Positions 37,479 through 49,600 of a DNA stretch of 64,000 nucleotides are shown piece by piece. Every line of letters begins with the position of its first letter. Position 1 is the first letter of the stretch. Position numbers and translations under genes: made by a program. The notes under the pieces are model-generated. The model searched no databases. It saw nothing but the letters and a program-made list of their open reading frames with translations, and was not told the DNA's origin. The stretch is taken from positions 1 through 64,000 of the forward strand of contig JBGANF010000007.1 in NCBI GenBank assembly GCA_044222475.1, written 5' to 3'. The DNA is from Polyangiaceae bacterium (lineage in GTDB: Bacteria; Myxococcota_A; Polyangia; Polyangiales; Polyangiaceae).

Positions 37479-38321
37479 TCACGTGACGAAGTCGAGGCCG
37501 ATGTCGGCGGCCTTCACCGAGTGAGTGAGCGCGCCGACGCTGATCGCGTCGACGCCGGCCTCGGCGAGCTCGCGCACGCGCGCGAGCGTGATCCCGCCGG
37601 ACGCCTCGAGGAGCGCGCGGCCTTTCGTGAGCGCCACGGCCTTCGCGACCGTCTCGGTGCTCATGTTGTCGAGCAATACGACGTCGGCGCCGGCGTCGAG
37701 CGCGACGGCGAGCTGCTCGAGCGAGTCGACCTCGCACTCGATCCGCGACGTGTGGGGGGCGCGGGCGCGAGCGCGAGCGATCGCCTCGGCGACCCCGCCA
37801 GCCGCGGCGACGTGGTTGTCCTTGATGAGGACGGCGCTCCCGAGATCGTTCCGGTGGTTCTTCGCTCCACCGACTCGAACGGCGTAGCGATCGAGGACCC
37901 GGAGGCCCGGCATCGTCTTGCGCGTGTCCGTGATGCGGGTCTTCGAGCCCTTCGGGAGCGCGTCGACGTAGGTCTTCGTCGTCGTGGCGATGCCGGTCAT
38001 GCGTTGCGTCAGGTTGAGCGCCGTACGCTCGGCCATCAGGATGGCTCGCGCGTCACCGCGCACGCGCCACATCGTCGTACCTTTTTGGGACACCGTGCCG
38101 TCCGCCGCGAGGATCGTCACCTCGATCGTCGGATCGAGCTTGGCGAAGACCCGCGCGAACACGGCGCCGCCGCACACGACGACCTCGCCGCGGGCGACCG
38201 CGTTCGCCTCGGCCTTCGTGCCCTCGGCGATGCAGCTCTCGGTCGTGACGTCGCCGGAGGCGAGATCCTCGCGGAGCGCGCGATCGATGATGTCGTCGAA
38301 GAGAACCGGGGAGAGCGTCAT
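37479..38321 (-). CDS. nadC: Quinolinate phosphoribosyltransferase
   Basis: EDL..GDVTT, ERTALN, DTRKT.PGLR, LIKDNH, LLDNM, EASGGI, GALTHS. Confidence 0.96.
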   Translation of the reverse strand: MTLSPVLFDDIIDRALREDLASGDVTTESCIAEGTKAEANAVARGEVVVCGGAVFARVFAKLDPTIEVTILAADGTVSQKGTTMWRVRGDARAILMAERTALNLTQRMTGIATTTKTYVDALPKGSKTRITDTRKTMPGLRVLDRYAVRVGGAKNHRNDLGSAVLIKDNHVAAAGGVAEAIARARARAPHTSRIECEVDSLEQLAVALDAGADVVLLDNMSTETVAKAVALTKGRALLEASGGITLARVRELAEAGVDAISVGALTHSVKAADIGLDFVT

Positions 38322-38348
38322 CGCGATCGAGAACTACCTGCGCGGGGA

Positions 38349-39134
38349 TTAGGGCGCAACCTCGACGACGGCAACCTCGGGTCGGCAGAAGAACCGCACC
38401 GGCGCGATCGACGTCCCGACGCCGCGGCTGACGTAGAGCATCGACCCGCGATCCTCGTACTTGCCCTCCACGAAGCGACCACTCCCCTGAGGGAGCCAGA
38501 GCGGCGGCACGAGCGGGAGCCGAACCTGACCCCCGTGGGTGTGGCCCGCGAGAGCCACCGAGACGCGACCGGCGAGACGCTCGAAGAGGATGGGCGAGTG
38601 GAACAGCGCCAGCGTCGCGACGCCGGGTGGGACACTGGCGAGCGCACGCTCGACGTCGGGGCTCCCGGCCGTCGAGTCGTCGAAGCCGACGACCCACACG
38701 TCGTCGCGGAGCCTCCGCGCTTCGTTCCTCAGCACCACGATGCCTGCGGCCGACCACGTCGCGTCCTCGTCGGCGGCGGGTCGCCAGTGCTCCCAGTTGC
38801 CGGCGACCGCGTACACGCCGAGCGGCGCGTGCAGCGCGCCGAGGAACGCGGCGTACGGCTGAAAGGTGCCGGAGTCGACGGTGTCACCGGTCAGGACGAC
38901 GACATCGGGCTTCTCTTCGTCGATCGCGCGGAGGACCGCCCGCTCGCGAGTCCCGAGGCCGCTGCCGTGGAGGTCCGTGATGTGAAGCACGTGCAACGGC
39001 GACTTCAGCGGAGCGTGGATCGAGACGCGGGTCCGCTCGACCCAGCGCGGCTCGACGATGATCGCGTCGGCGAGCGCCACGACCACGAGGATCGCGGCGG
39101 CTCGACGCAGCCGCCACCCCCACGATCGCTTCAC
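38349..39134 (-). CDS. Metallophosphoesterase (YkuE-like)
   Basis: TDLH, TGD, GNWE, HSP, GHTHGGQV, VSRGVG; GTGA overlap with upstream gene. Confidence 0.88.
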   Translation of the reverse strand: MKRSWGWRLRRAAAILVVVALADAIIVEPRWVERTRVSIHAPLKSPLHVLHITDLHGSGLGTRERAVLRAIDEEKPDVVVLTGDTVDSGTFQPYAAFLGALHAPLGVYAVAGNWEHWRPAADEDATWSAAGIVVLRNEARRLRDDVWVVGFDDSTAGSPDVERALASVPPGVATLALFHSPILFERLAGRVSVALAGHTHGGQVRLPLVPPLWLPQGSGRFVEGKYEDRGSMLYVSRGVGTSIAPVRFFCRPEVAVVEVAP

Positions 39135-39784
39135 CACTTTTCGATGCGCCAGCCGCGCTTCTTCGCGACCCGCTTCAGTCGCATGTCGGGGTTCACGCAC
39201 ACGGGCTCGCCCACGGCTTCGAGGAGCGGCAAGTCGGTGTGCGAGTCGCTGTAGAAGACCGCGTCGTGGAGATCGAACCCGAGCCGCTGCGCCAGGAGCG
39301 ACGCGCGCTCGAGCTTCCCGTCGCCGAAGCAGAGCGGGTGGCTCGGGCGGCCGGTGAATACTCCGCTCTCGTCGAGCTCGAGCTCCGAGGAGACGACGTG
39401 AGGGATGCGCAGCGCCTGCGCCAGCGGGCGAGCGGCGTAGCGCGAGGCGCCGGTCACGATCGCACACGTGTCACCGGCGGCGAGGTGCGCGGCGACGACC
39501 TCCCGCGCGCGATCGGCGACGTGCACTTCGACGTAGCGCCGATACCAATCGTCGCAGCGCGAGGCGAGCACGTTCTCGTGCGTCCCTCGGAACTGCGCGA
39601 GCGCGCGCTCGGCGACGGAGGCGGCGTCGATGATGCCGACGGTGTACTGCGCGACCCACACCGCGACTTGGAGCGTGTCGCGCACCGTCGCTTCGCCGAT
39701 CTCGCGCTGGTAGCGCACGTAGAGGCTCGCCGTCTCGCGACGGACGAGGGTGCGATCCATGTCGAACAGTGCCGGGCGTGCCAT
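39131..39784 (-). CDS. HAD-IB family hydrolase
   Basis: FDMDRTL, VTGA, GK, YSDSHTDLPLL, VNPD. Confidence 0.9.
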   Translation of the reverse strand: MARPALFDMDRTLVRRETASLYVRYQREIGEATVRDTLQVAVWVAQYTVGIIDAASVAERALAQFRGTHENVLASRCDDWYRRYVEVHVADRAREVVAAHLAAGDTCAIVTGASRYAARPLAQALRIPHVVSSELELDESGVFTGRPSHPLCFGDGKLERASLLAQRLGFDLHDAVFYSDSHTDLPLLEAVGEPVCVNPDMRLKRVAKKRGWRIEKW

Positions 39785-39785
39785 G

Positions 39786-40502
39786 TCAGTAGAGCGCGTA
39801 GCCTTTGCCGAGGGTCTCGGAGAAGATGTTGCAGAGTGCATGAAACACGACGCCCGCGCCCACCCCGCCGGTGCGGGCGCGCATCCATCCGAAGAGCAGC
39901 GCCGGGAAGAACACCGCGAGGCGCGCCGGGTTGGGGATGGTGAGAAAGTGCCCGACCGCGAAGATCGCCGACGTCGCCAGGAGGCCGAAGCCGAGGTCGG
40001 CGCCGAGGAATCGCACTCGGCGCCGGCTGCCGAGGCGCGCGTCGATCGCCTCGTCGAGCGTGGTCATCAGGTAGCCTCGATAGAACGCCTCTTCGGGGAG
40101 CGCCACGAGGAGGAGCTGCCCGAACACCATGTTCGCCGTCTCGGTCACGCGCACGTAGACGAAGAACGGCCCGGGCGGGTGGAACCACATCCGCCAGCCG
40201 ACGTAGTAGGGCACGAAAACGACGGCGGCCGTGGCGAGCGCGAGCCCGACGGCACGCCCAGCATCGGCGGCGATGCGGCGGGCGTCGATCGGCTCGCGGA
40301 GCAGCAGACCCGAGAATCCGAGGCCGGTCCGGCGCACGAGGTCGTCGTCGCGACGCCAGACGAGGATCCACGTCGCGAGGAGAAACTCGAGCCCGACGAC
40401 CGTCGACACGGCGGACTTCGGGAGCCTCGAGCTCGCTGCGATCACGAGGGTCACGACGAGCGCGGCAAGGAGCGGGCGTCCGACTCCGGGCGCTTCGCTC
40501 AC
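39786..40502 (-). CDS. CPBP glutamic-type intramembrane protease, myxosortase-like
   Basis: LPEEAFYRGY, FAVGH, RLAVFFPALLFGWMRARTG, FHALCN. Confidence 0.85.
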   Translation of the reverse strand: MSEAPGVGRPLLAALVVTLVIAASSRLPKSAVSTVVGLEFLLATWILVWRRDDDLVRRTGLGFSGLLLREPIDARRIAADAGRAVGLALATAAVVFVPYYVGWRMWFHPPGPFFVYVRVTETANMVFGQLLLVALPEEAFYRGYLMTTLDEAIDARLGSRRRVRFLGADLGFGLLATSAIFAVGHFLTIPNPARLAVFFPALLFGWMRARTGGVGAGVVFHALCNIFSETLGKGYALY

Positions 40503-40509
40503 GGACGCC

Positions 40510-43134
<2,625 letters not shown>

Positions 43135-43236
43135 CTTGGAACGAAAGGGTAGCCGCTTTCGGCCTCGGTTTGTGGCCTATTTCTCCGTAAGATCCGGCCA
43201 GGTTTGCGCGTTTGCGAGTGGTATCTTCGACGCGCC

Positions 43237-43992
43237 GTGCCCACTCGCTCGCGCCGACGTCCCCGACCCGCTCCCGCGTCACGCCTGCCGCGCCCCTCGC
43301 GCCTGCCACCCCTCTCTCCCGAGGCCCAGGCCGAGATCGAGCGCCTCGCTGCCGTCGGCGAGGTCACGGCCAGCGCAGTCCACGAGATCCGGAACGCCCT
43401 CCAGGTCGCCGCGACGAGCCTGTGGCTCGCGAAGCAGGCCAAGACCGAGGAGCTGACGCAGCAACACGTCGCCAAGGCCGAGCGCGCGACGCGAACGGCG
43501 CAGGGGGTCGTCGACGCGGTGCTCGGGCTCGCGCGCGGGGAGCGCCTCGTCGGCGAGTCGGCGACGGTGGATGAGCTGCTCGCCGAAGCTCGGTCGGACC
43601 TCGGCGCGAGCTCGCGAGACGTGCGCTGGTCGGACGAAGGCGGAGACGTCCGACTTCGGGGCTCGCCGGTGCTGCTCTCGCGCGTGTTCCACGTTCTGTT
43701 CGAGAACGCGGTCGCCATCGCCGGCGGCAGCGTCCGCATCGCGACGCGCGCGCGCACCGAGCCGAACGGCGTCCGGATCGACGTCGCCGATGACGGTCCG
43801 GGTGTGCCGGCGAAGTTGCGCGAGACGATCTTCCGGCCGCTCGTCACCGGTCGAGAAGGCGGTACCGGTTTGGGACTGTCACTCGCGAAGCGGATCGTGG
43901 AGGCTCACGGCGGCACCATGCGGCTCGCCGTCAAAGGCGAAGCCGCGCTCCTCGCGGGCGCGCACTTCGTGATCGAGCTGCCGCCGAGCTGA
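43237..43992 (+). CDS. Minimal histidine kinase (HisKA + HATPase, no sensor)
   Basis: AVHEIRNAL, ENA, DDGPGV, GTGLGL; GTG 43237 lies 9 nt after TATCTT. Confidence 0.85.
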   Translation: MPTRSRRRPRPAPASRLPRPSRLPPLSPEAQAEIERLAAVGEVTASAVHEIRNALQVAATSLWLAKQAKTEELTQQHVAKAERATRTAQGVVDAVLGLARGERLVGESATVDELLAEARSDLGASSRDVRWSDEGGDVRLRGSPVLLSRVFHVLFENAVAIAGGSVRIATRARTEPNGVRIDVADDGPGVPAKLRETIFRPLVTGREGGTGLGLSLAKRIVEAHGGTMRLAVKGEAALLAGAHFVIELPPS

Positions 43993-43995
43993 GCC

Positions 43996-45816
43996 TCAGT
44001 TCGGCGTCGGCGGAACGACGACGGTGTTGATCGGCTGCACGCTCGCCCCAGCGGGGTACGCGTAGCTCACCGCCGTCGACGAGAGCGTGCCGGACGAGAG
44101 GCCCGAGCCCCATCCCCACACCGTGAGTCCGAACGGCACGTCGCTCTTGGCTTCGTGGCGACCGTTGTCGCACGTGCCCTGCTTGACGAAGTTGCCGGTG
44201 ATGAGGTCGGCGCGAACCCATTCGTACTTTCCACCTGCTCCCATCGGCTGCCACCCCGTGAGGGTGCCTTTGCAGTCGAGCGTGACGTCGTGGAACGTGT
44301 TGTCGCTCGCCTTCTGGCGCACGAAGAGCAGCTCGGTCTCGGGGTAGGTCGGATCGGTGAAGAAGATGTAGTTCGCGAGGTACTGCGCCGGCGGGACGAC
44401 GTTCACGAACTCGGGATCGCCGGCGCAGCTCAGCGGGCTGGAGCTCCAGTTCGGGTTCTTCGTGCAGCCGGTCATGTGGGCGCCAAAGAAGAACGGGTGC
44501 TGCGCGTCTTGGCTCTTCACCGTGTACTGACCGGGCGAGTCGTACTCGACCACTTGGCCGCGCTTGAGGGTCGTCGGAGCGCCGGATTGCGGAGGATCGT
44601 AGGTGAGCGTGGTGCCGTCGACCGCGCCGACGAAGCGCCACGGCGGCGACTCGGGAACGCCGGGGTACCGATCGCGGTAGCGGACCGCCGCGTACTCGCT
44701 GCCGAGCGCCTTCACCGGCGGGATCTGTTGGTGCATGCCGTCGCACGCGGCCGCTTCGATGTTGGTGCAGCCGTGACCGCCCCAGCTCCCGATCGGCTTC
44801 GTCGCCTTGAGCACGCTGCCGGACAGATCCTGCGGCTGCTGAAGGCGCATCACCTGGCCCTTCTGCAGGGTGTACGTCTTCGGCACGTTGGCCGCGCCGG
44901 CGGTGACCGCTCCGCCTCCGACGATGGCCGAGGTCGGCACGATGGTGACGTCGGTCGCGTTCTCTTGCGCGACGACCGCGATCCACGGGTTGCCGAAGCC
45001 CGTCTCGCTCCACGCTGCGGTCGCGACGTAGTTGTCGTCCCACGCGGACGTGGGGAGGAGCAGCGTCGCCCCGGTGACGGCGCTCGATCCGCCGCCGTAG
45101 GGGAAGATCGTCGCAGCGACGACCGGCGCGTCGGTGGTGATGTGCCAGCCGTCGGTGATCGCCGTGCCCGGCGTGCTCGCGTTTCCGGTCACCGCTGGCG
45201 TCTTCGGGCACGTGCCGCTGTCGACGGAGAGGAAGAAGATCGCGACGCTCCCGGTAGGGATCGTGTTGTTGACGAGCGGCGTGTAGGTGATGCCGATGCC
45301 GCTGCCCTGCGGGATGAAGCCGACGTTGTTGTAGGTCTGCGAGCCGCGACCCACCGTGACCTGCACTGGGTTGCCCCAGGTGTTCGACACGAACGCGGCG
45401 AAGCACGTCTGCGAGACGAAGTCGGTCGCAGGGACGGCGTAGTAGTCGCAGCCGACGCTGCTCTTGTTCGCCTTCGCGGCGTCGCAAGCGGGAACGCAGA
45501 CGCCGCCGGCGCAGCCCTGCGTCGGAGGACACGTCGAGATGACGTTGTTGTTGCAGTCGAGGATCGAGTGGAGGTCCCCGGAGCATTTGATGCAGCTCCC
45601 GCCATCGCCGCCTTGGCCGTCACCGAAGAGGTTGTTGTCGTCGGGGAAGGGGTTCGCGTCGTCGGGCGGCGGAGTGCCGTCGCTTCCACCGTCGAGGCTG
45701 AACCCCGATCCGTTCGTGGTTCCGCAGCTCGCGGAGGCGAGCGCGGTGAACACGACGAGTGCCCCCAAGCCAACGCCCAAGGTGACAGCACGAGGGCGAG
45801 TGAAGGAAGGATGCAT
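43996..45816 (-). CDS. IgGFc-binding-domain lipoprotein (paralogue 1)
   Basis: Lipobox SASC; KSSVGCDYY, LLLPTSAW, HQQIPP, FFTDPTY, SYAYPAG. Confidence 0.88.
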   Translation of the reverse strand: MHPSFTRPRAVTLGVGLGALVVFTALASASCGTTNGSGFSLDGGSDGTPPPDDANPFPDDNNLFGDGQGGDGGSCIKCSGDLHSILDCNNNVISTCPPTQGCAGGVCVPACDAAKANKSSVGCDYYAVPATDFVSQTCFAAFVSNTWGNPVQVTVGRGSQTYNNVGFIPQGSGIGITYTPLVNNTIPTGSVAIFFLSVDSGTCPKTPAVTGNASTPGTAITDGWHITTDAPVVAATIFPYGGGSSAVTGATLLLPTSAWDDNYVATAAWSETGFGNPWIAVVAQENATDVTIVPTSAIVGGGAVTAGAANVPKTYTLQKGQVMRLQQPQDLSGSVLKATKPIGSWGGHGCTNIEAAACDGMHQQIPPVKALGSEYAAVRYRDRYPGVPESPPWRFVGAVDGTTLTYDPPQSGAPTTLKRGQVVEYDSPGQYTVKSQDAQHPFFFGAHMTGCTKNPNWSSSPLSCAGDPEFVNVVPPAQYLANYIFFTDPTYPETELLFVRQKASDNTFHDVTLDCKGTLTGWQPMGAGGKYEWVRADLITGNFVKQGTCDNGRHEAKSDVPFGLTVWGWGSGLSSGTLSSTAVSYAYPAGASVQPINTVVVPPTPN

Positions 45817-45875
45817 CGAAGAAACCTCCGGTTTTGGGATTCTAGCTCGTGGAAACCGGTTAGTCTCTCCCTTCC

Positions 45876-46622
45876 ATGGCTGGACGGACCTTCGCCATCG
45901 GCGACATCCACGGTGACATCGTCGCGCTCAAGACGCTTCTGATGAAGCTGCCGACGCTCGACGACCAGGACACGCTGATCTTCCTCGGCGACTACATCGA
46001 CCGCGGGCCGCGCTCGAAGGACGTCATCACGTTCATCCGCGACGTGCAGAAGAAGGCGCCGATGAAGGTCGTCGCGCTGCGCGGCAACCACGAGGACGGT
46101 TGGCTGCGCGTCATCGGCGGAGGCTGGCCCGAGTTCGTGCTCCCACCGGGGAACGGGTGCCTCGCCGCGTACCGCTCGTACGCCGGGCTCCCGTACAAAG
46201 AGGGTGAATACCCGACGAAGAACGAGATCCAAGAGCTGAAGACGGGGCGCTTCTTCCCCCCGGACGACGTCGCGTGGATGCAATCCCTCGACTACTTCTA
46301 CGAAGACGAGCACGCGATCTACGTGCACGCCGGCCTCGTCGAGAAAGACGGCAAGTTCCTCCACCCGAAGGAGACGGACAACGTCTCCCTGATCCTCTGG
46401 GTGCGCACGATGAGGTTCTTCACCGAGTACCGAGGCAAGCTCGTCGTCGTCGGGCACACGTCGACGGACAACCTGCCACCGGAGCTCTCGTCCTACACGC
46501 CGGAAGATCCCCTCGACATGTGGGTGGGTGAGTGCGTGATCGGGATCGACACCGGATGTGGCAAAGGCGGCTTCTTGACGTGCGTGGAGCTGCCGAGCAG
46601 AACGGTCTACGAATCGCGCTGA
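45876..46622 (+). CDS. PPP-family Ser/Thr protein phosphatase (metallophosphoesterase)
   Basis: GDIHG, GDYIDRGP, RGNHE, VHAG, GHT, IDTG. Confidence 0.92.
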   Translation: MAGRTFAIGDIHGDIVALKTLLMKLPTLDDQDTLIFLGDYIDRGPRSKDVITFIRDVQKKAPMKVVALRGNHEDGWLRVIGGGWPEFVLPPGNGCLAAYRSYAGLPYKEGEYPTKNEIQELKTGRFFPPDDVAWMQSLDYFYEDEHAIYVHAGLVEKDGKFLHPKETDNVSLILWVRTMRFFTEYRGKLVVVGHTSTDNLPPELSSYTPEDPLDMWVGECVIGIDTGCGKGGFLTCVELPSRTVYESR

Positions 46623-46686
46623 GGCGCATCGATTCCCGTTCCCATTCCTGTTCCACATTCCTCCGAATTTCGTCTTCTCGACCTCC

Positions 46687-49600
46687 ATGCACGCGATCAA
46701 GCTCCGCGGCGCACGAACTCACAACCTCAAGGGGGTCTCCCTCGACCTCCACGCTGGGGAGCTGACGTGCGTCACCGGTCCGAGCGGCTCGGGGAAATCC
46801 TCGCTCGCGCAGGACACGCTCTACGCCGAGGGTCAGCGTCGCTTCGTAGAGAGCTTCAGCCCCTACGCGCGCCAGTTCCTGGAGCGGCTCGAGCGACCAC
46901 CGATGGACTCGCTCGATCCGATCGCCGCGACGATAGCGGTCGACCGCCGCGCGCCGATCAAATCGAGTCGATCGACGCTCGCGACGATGACCGACCTCGA
47001 GGTCTACCTCGCCGCGCTCTTCGCGCGTGAAGCCGTGCCCACCTGCCCCGACTGCGGGGTCGCGGCGGTGCGGCGCAGCGCGGGTGACGTCGCTGGGAGC
47101 CTGACGAAGCAGCTCGACGGTCGGCGCGTCACCGTCGCGTACTCCGAGCGCACCGCGAGCACCGAGGATTTCCTCGACCTGCGAGAGCGCCTCCTCCGCG
47201 ACGGGTACCGACGCGTGCTCGTGGGAGCCAAGGCGCGGGACCTCGACGAGGTCGCTCCGAGCGAGGCGAAGACGCTCGACGTCGTCACCGACCGTGTCGC
47301 CGTCTCGCCCACCGAAGCTCGGCGCCTCCAACAGGCGATCGAGGCCGCGTGGGATCGCGGCGGCGGCCGTGCGCGCGTGCACGTGGAGGGCTCATCCACC
47401 GTCGACGTGGCGCGCGGCCTCGTCTGCCCCTCGTGCGCGCGGACCTTCGAGCCGCCGCGCGCGGCGCTGTTCTCGTACGAGTCGCCGCTCGGCGCGTGCG
47501 CGACCTGCCGCGGGTTCGGGCGCGTGATCGACGTCGACTGGGGCAAGGTCGTCCCGGACGGTTCGAAGACGCTGGCCAAGGGTGCGATCAAGGCGTGGAA
47601 CGGAAAGAGCGCGGCGTGGGAGCGGCGCTCGCTCGTGAAGTTCTGCGCGCGCAAAGGCATCCCGACGGACGTGCCGTGGGACGATCTCGAGGAGGCGCAG
47701 CGGAGCGCCGTCATCGAGGGCGAGGGCTCGTGGACGAAGGGCCGCTTCCCCGGCGTCCGCGCATGGTTCAAGTGGCTCGAGACGCGCACCTACAAGATGC
47801 ACGTCCGTGTATTCCTCGCGCGCTATCGGGAGTACTCGCCGTGCGGCGCATGCGGCGGGTCGCGGCTCAACGAAACCGCCCTCTCGTACCATGTTGGGAC
47901 GAGGAACCTCGCTCAATGGCACTCCGAGACCGTGAGCGCGGCGCTCGCCGGACTGACCGAGCTCGAGGCCCACGACGGCCAGGGCAAGGTCGCCCTGAGC
48001 GAGCTCCGGTCGCGGCTCGCCTACCTCGACGCCGTCGGTCTCGGCTACCTCACCCTCGATCGCCAGGCGCGCACGCTCTCCGGCGGCGAAGCGCAGCGCG
48101 CATCCCTCACGACCGCGCTCGGCGTCCAGATGACTGGCGCGCTCTTCGTCCTCGACGAGCCGACCGTCGGATTGCACCCGACCGACGTACCGAGGCTCGG
48201 CACGGCGATCCGCAGCCTCGCCGACGCGGGCAACGCGGTGCTGGTCGTCGAGCACGACGAGACGATCGTCCGCTCCGCGGATCGCGTCGTCGAGCTCGGG
48301 CCTGGAGCCGGGTCCGCCGGCGGGCGCATCCTCTTCGACGGCTCACCGGCCGAGCTCGCATCGCGACCCGACTTGCCTACCGGCGCCGCATGGACCCGGA
48401 CCGAGCGGGGCGCTCGGACGCGGCGGAGACCGTCGGGGAAGCTCGTGCTGCGGGGCGCGGAGGAGAACAACCTGCGCGCCGTCGACGTCGAGCTCGGGCT
48501 CGGTGTGCTCACGGCGATCACCGGGCCGAGCGGATCGGGGAAGTCCACGCTCGTGGAGGACGTGCTGTTCCGCGCGACGGCGCGCGCGCTCGGTGACACG
48601 ACGGTCGACCGCCCTGGTGCCCATCGCGCGCTGTCCGGCGAGGGCAAGCTGAAGCGCGCGGTGCTCGTCGATCAAGCCCCCCTCGGCCGCACCGCCCGCG
48701 GCAACGCCGCGACGTACACCAAGGCGTGGGACCGCATCCGCGCGCGCTTCGCCGCGGAGAGCGCGGCCCGCAACGCGGGGCTCCTGCCGCAACACTTCTC
48801 GTTCAACGTCGCCGGGGCGGGCCGGTGCGAGACGTGCGCCGGCGAAGGCTACGAGACCGTAGAGATGCAGTTCTTGGCGGACGTCCAGCTGCTCTGCCCG
48901 GTGTGCCGCGGGCAGCGGTTCAAGCCCGAGGTCCTCGCCGTCAGGCATCGAGGCAAGCGCGTCTCGGACGTGCTCGCGATGACGATCGACGAGGCGCTCG
49001 TGACGCTCGGCGGCGGCGACGACGACGCGGACTGGGTCCTGCGTCGTGCGCTCGAGCCGGTCACCGCGGTGGGCCTCGGGTATCTGCCCCTCGGACAGCC
49101 GCTGTCGACTTTGTCGGGTGGCGAAGCTCAGCGGCTCAAGCTCGCGCGAGCGCTCGCCGGGGACGTCGAGAAGACTCTGTTCGTCGTCGACGAGCCGAGT
49201 GCGGGGCTCCATCGATCGGATGTGGCTCTCGTCATCGCCGCGCTCCATGGGCTCTGTGACCGGGGAGCGACCGTCGTGGTCGTCGAGCACGACCTCGAGG
49301 TGATCGAGTCGGCGGATTGGGTGATCGACTTGGGGCCCGGGGCCGGACCGGAGGGCGGACGGGTCGTCGCGGTCGGTACGCCGGAGGAGATCGCTCGGAG
49401 CGGTACCAGAACGGGACAGGCGTTGCTCGGAGCGCGCACGCGCACGACGACGCGCACGCGAGCGGGGGCGGGCGCTGGTGCGGGTGCGGGGGCGGGGGCG
49501 GATGGGATCGTCGTCGAGCGGGCTCGGGAGCACAATTTGCGGGGGATTTCGTGCTCGATTCCTCATGGGACGTTGGCGGTCGTGACCGGACCCAGCGGAT

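Noticed and set aside
43982..44006. Hairpin spanning two convergent stop codons
   Set aside because: An 11-bp stem formed largely from coding ends with no U-tract; may be chance.
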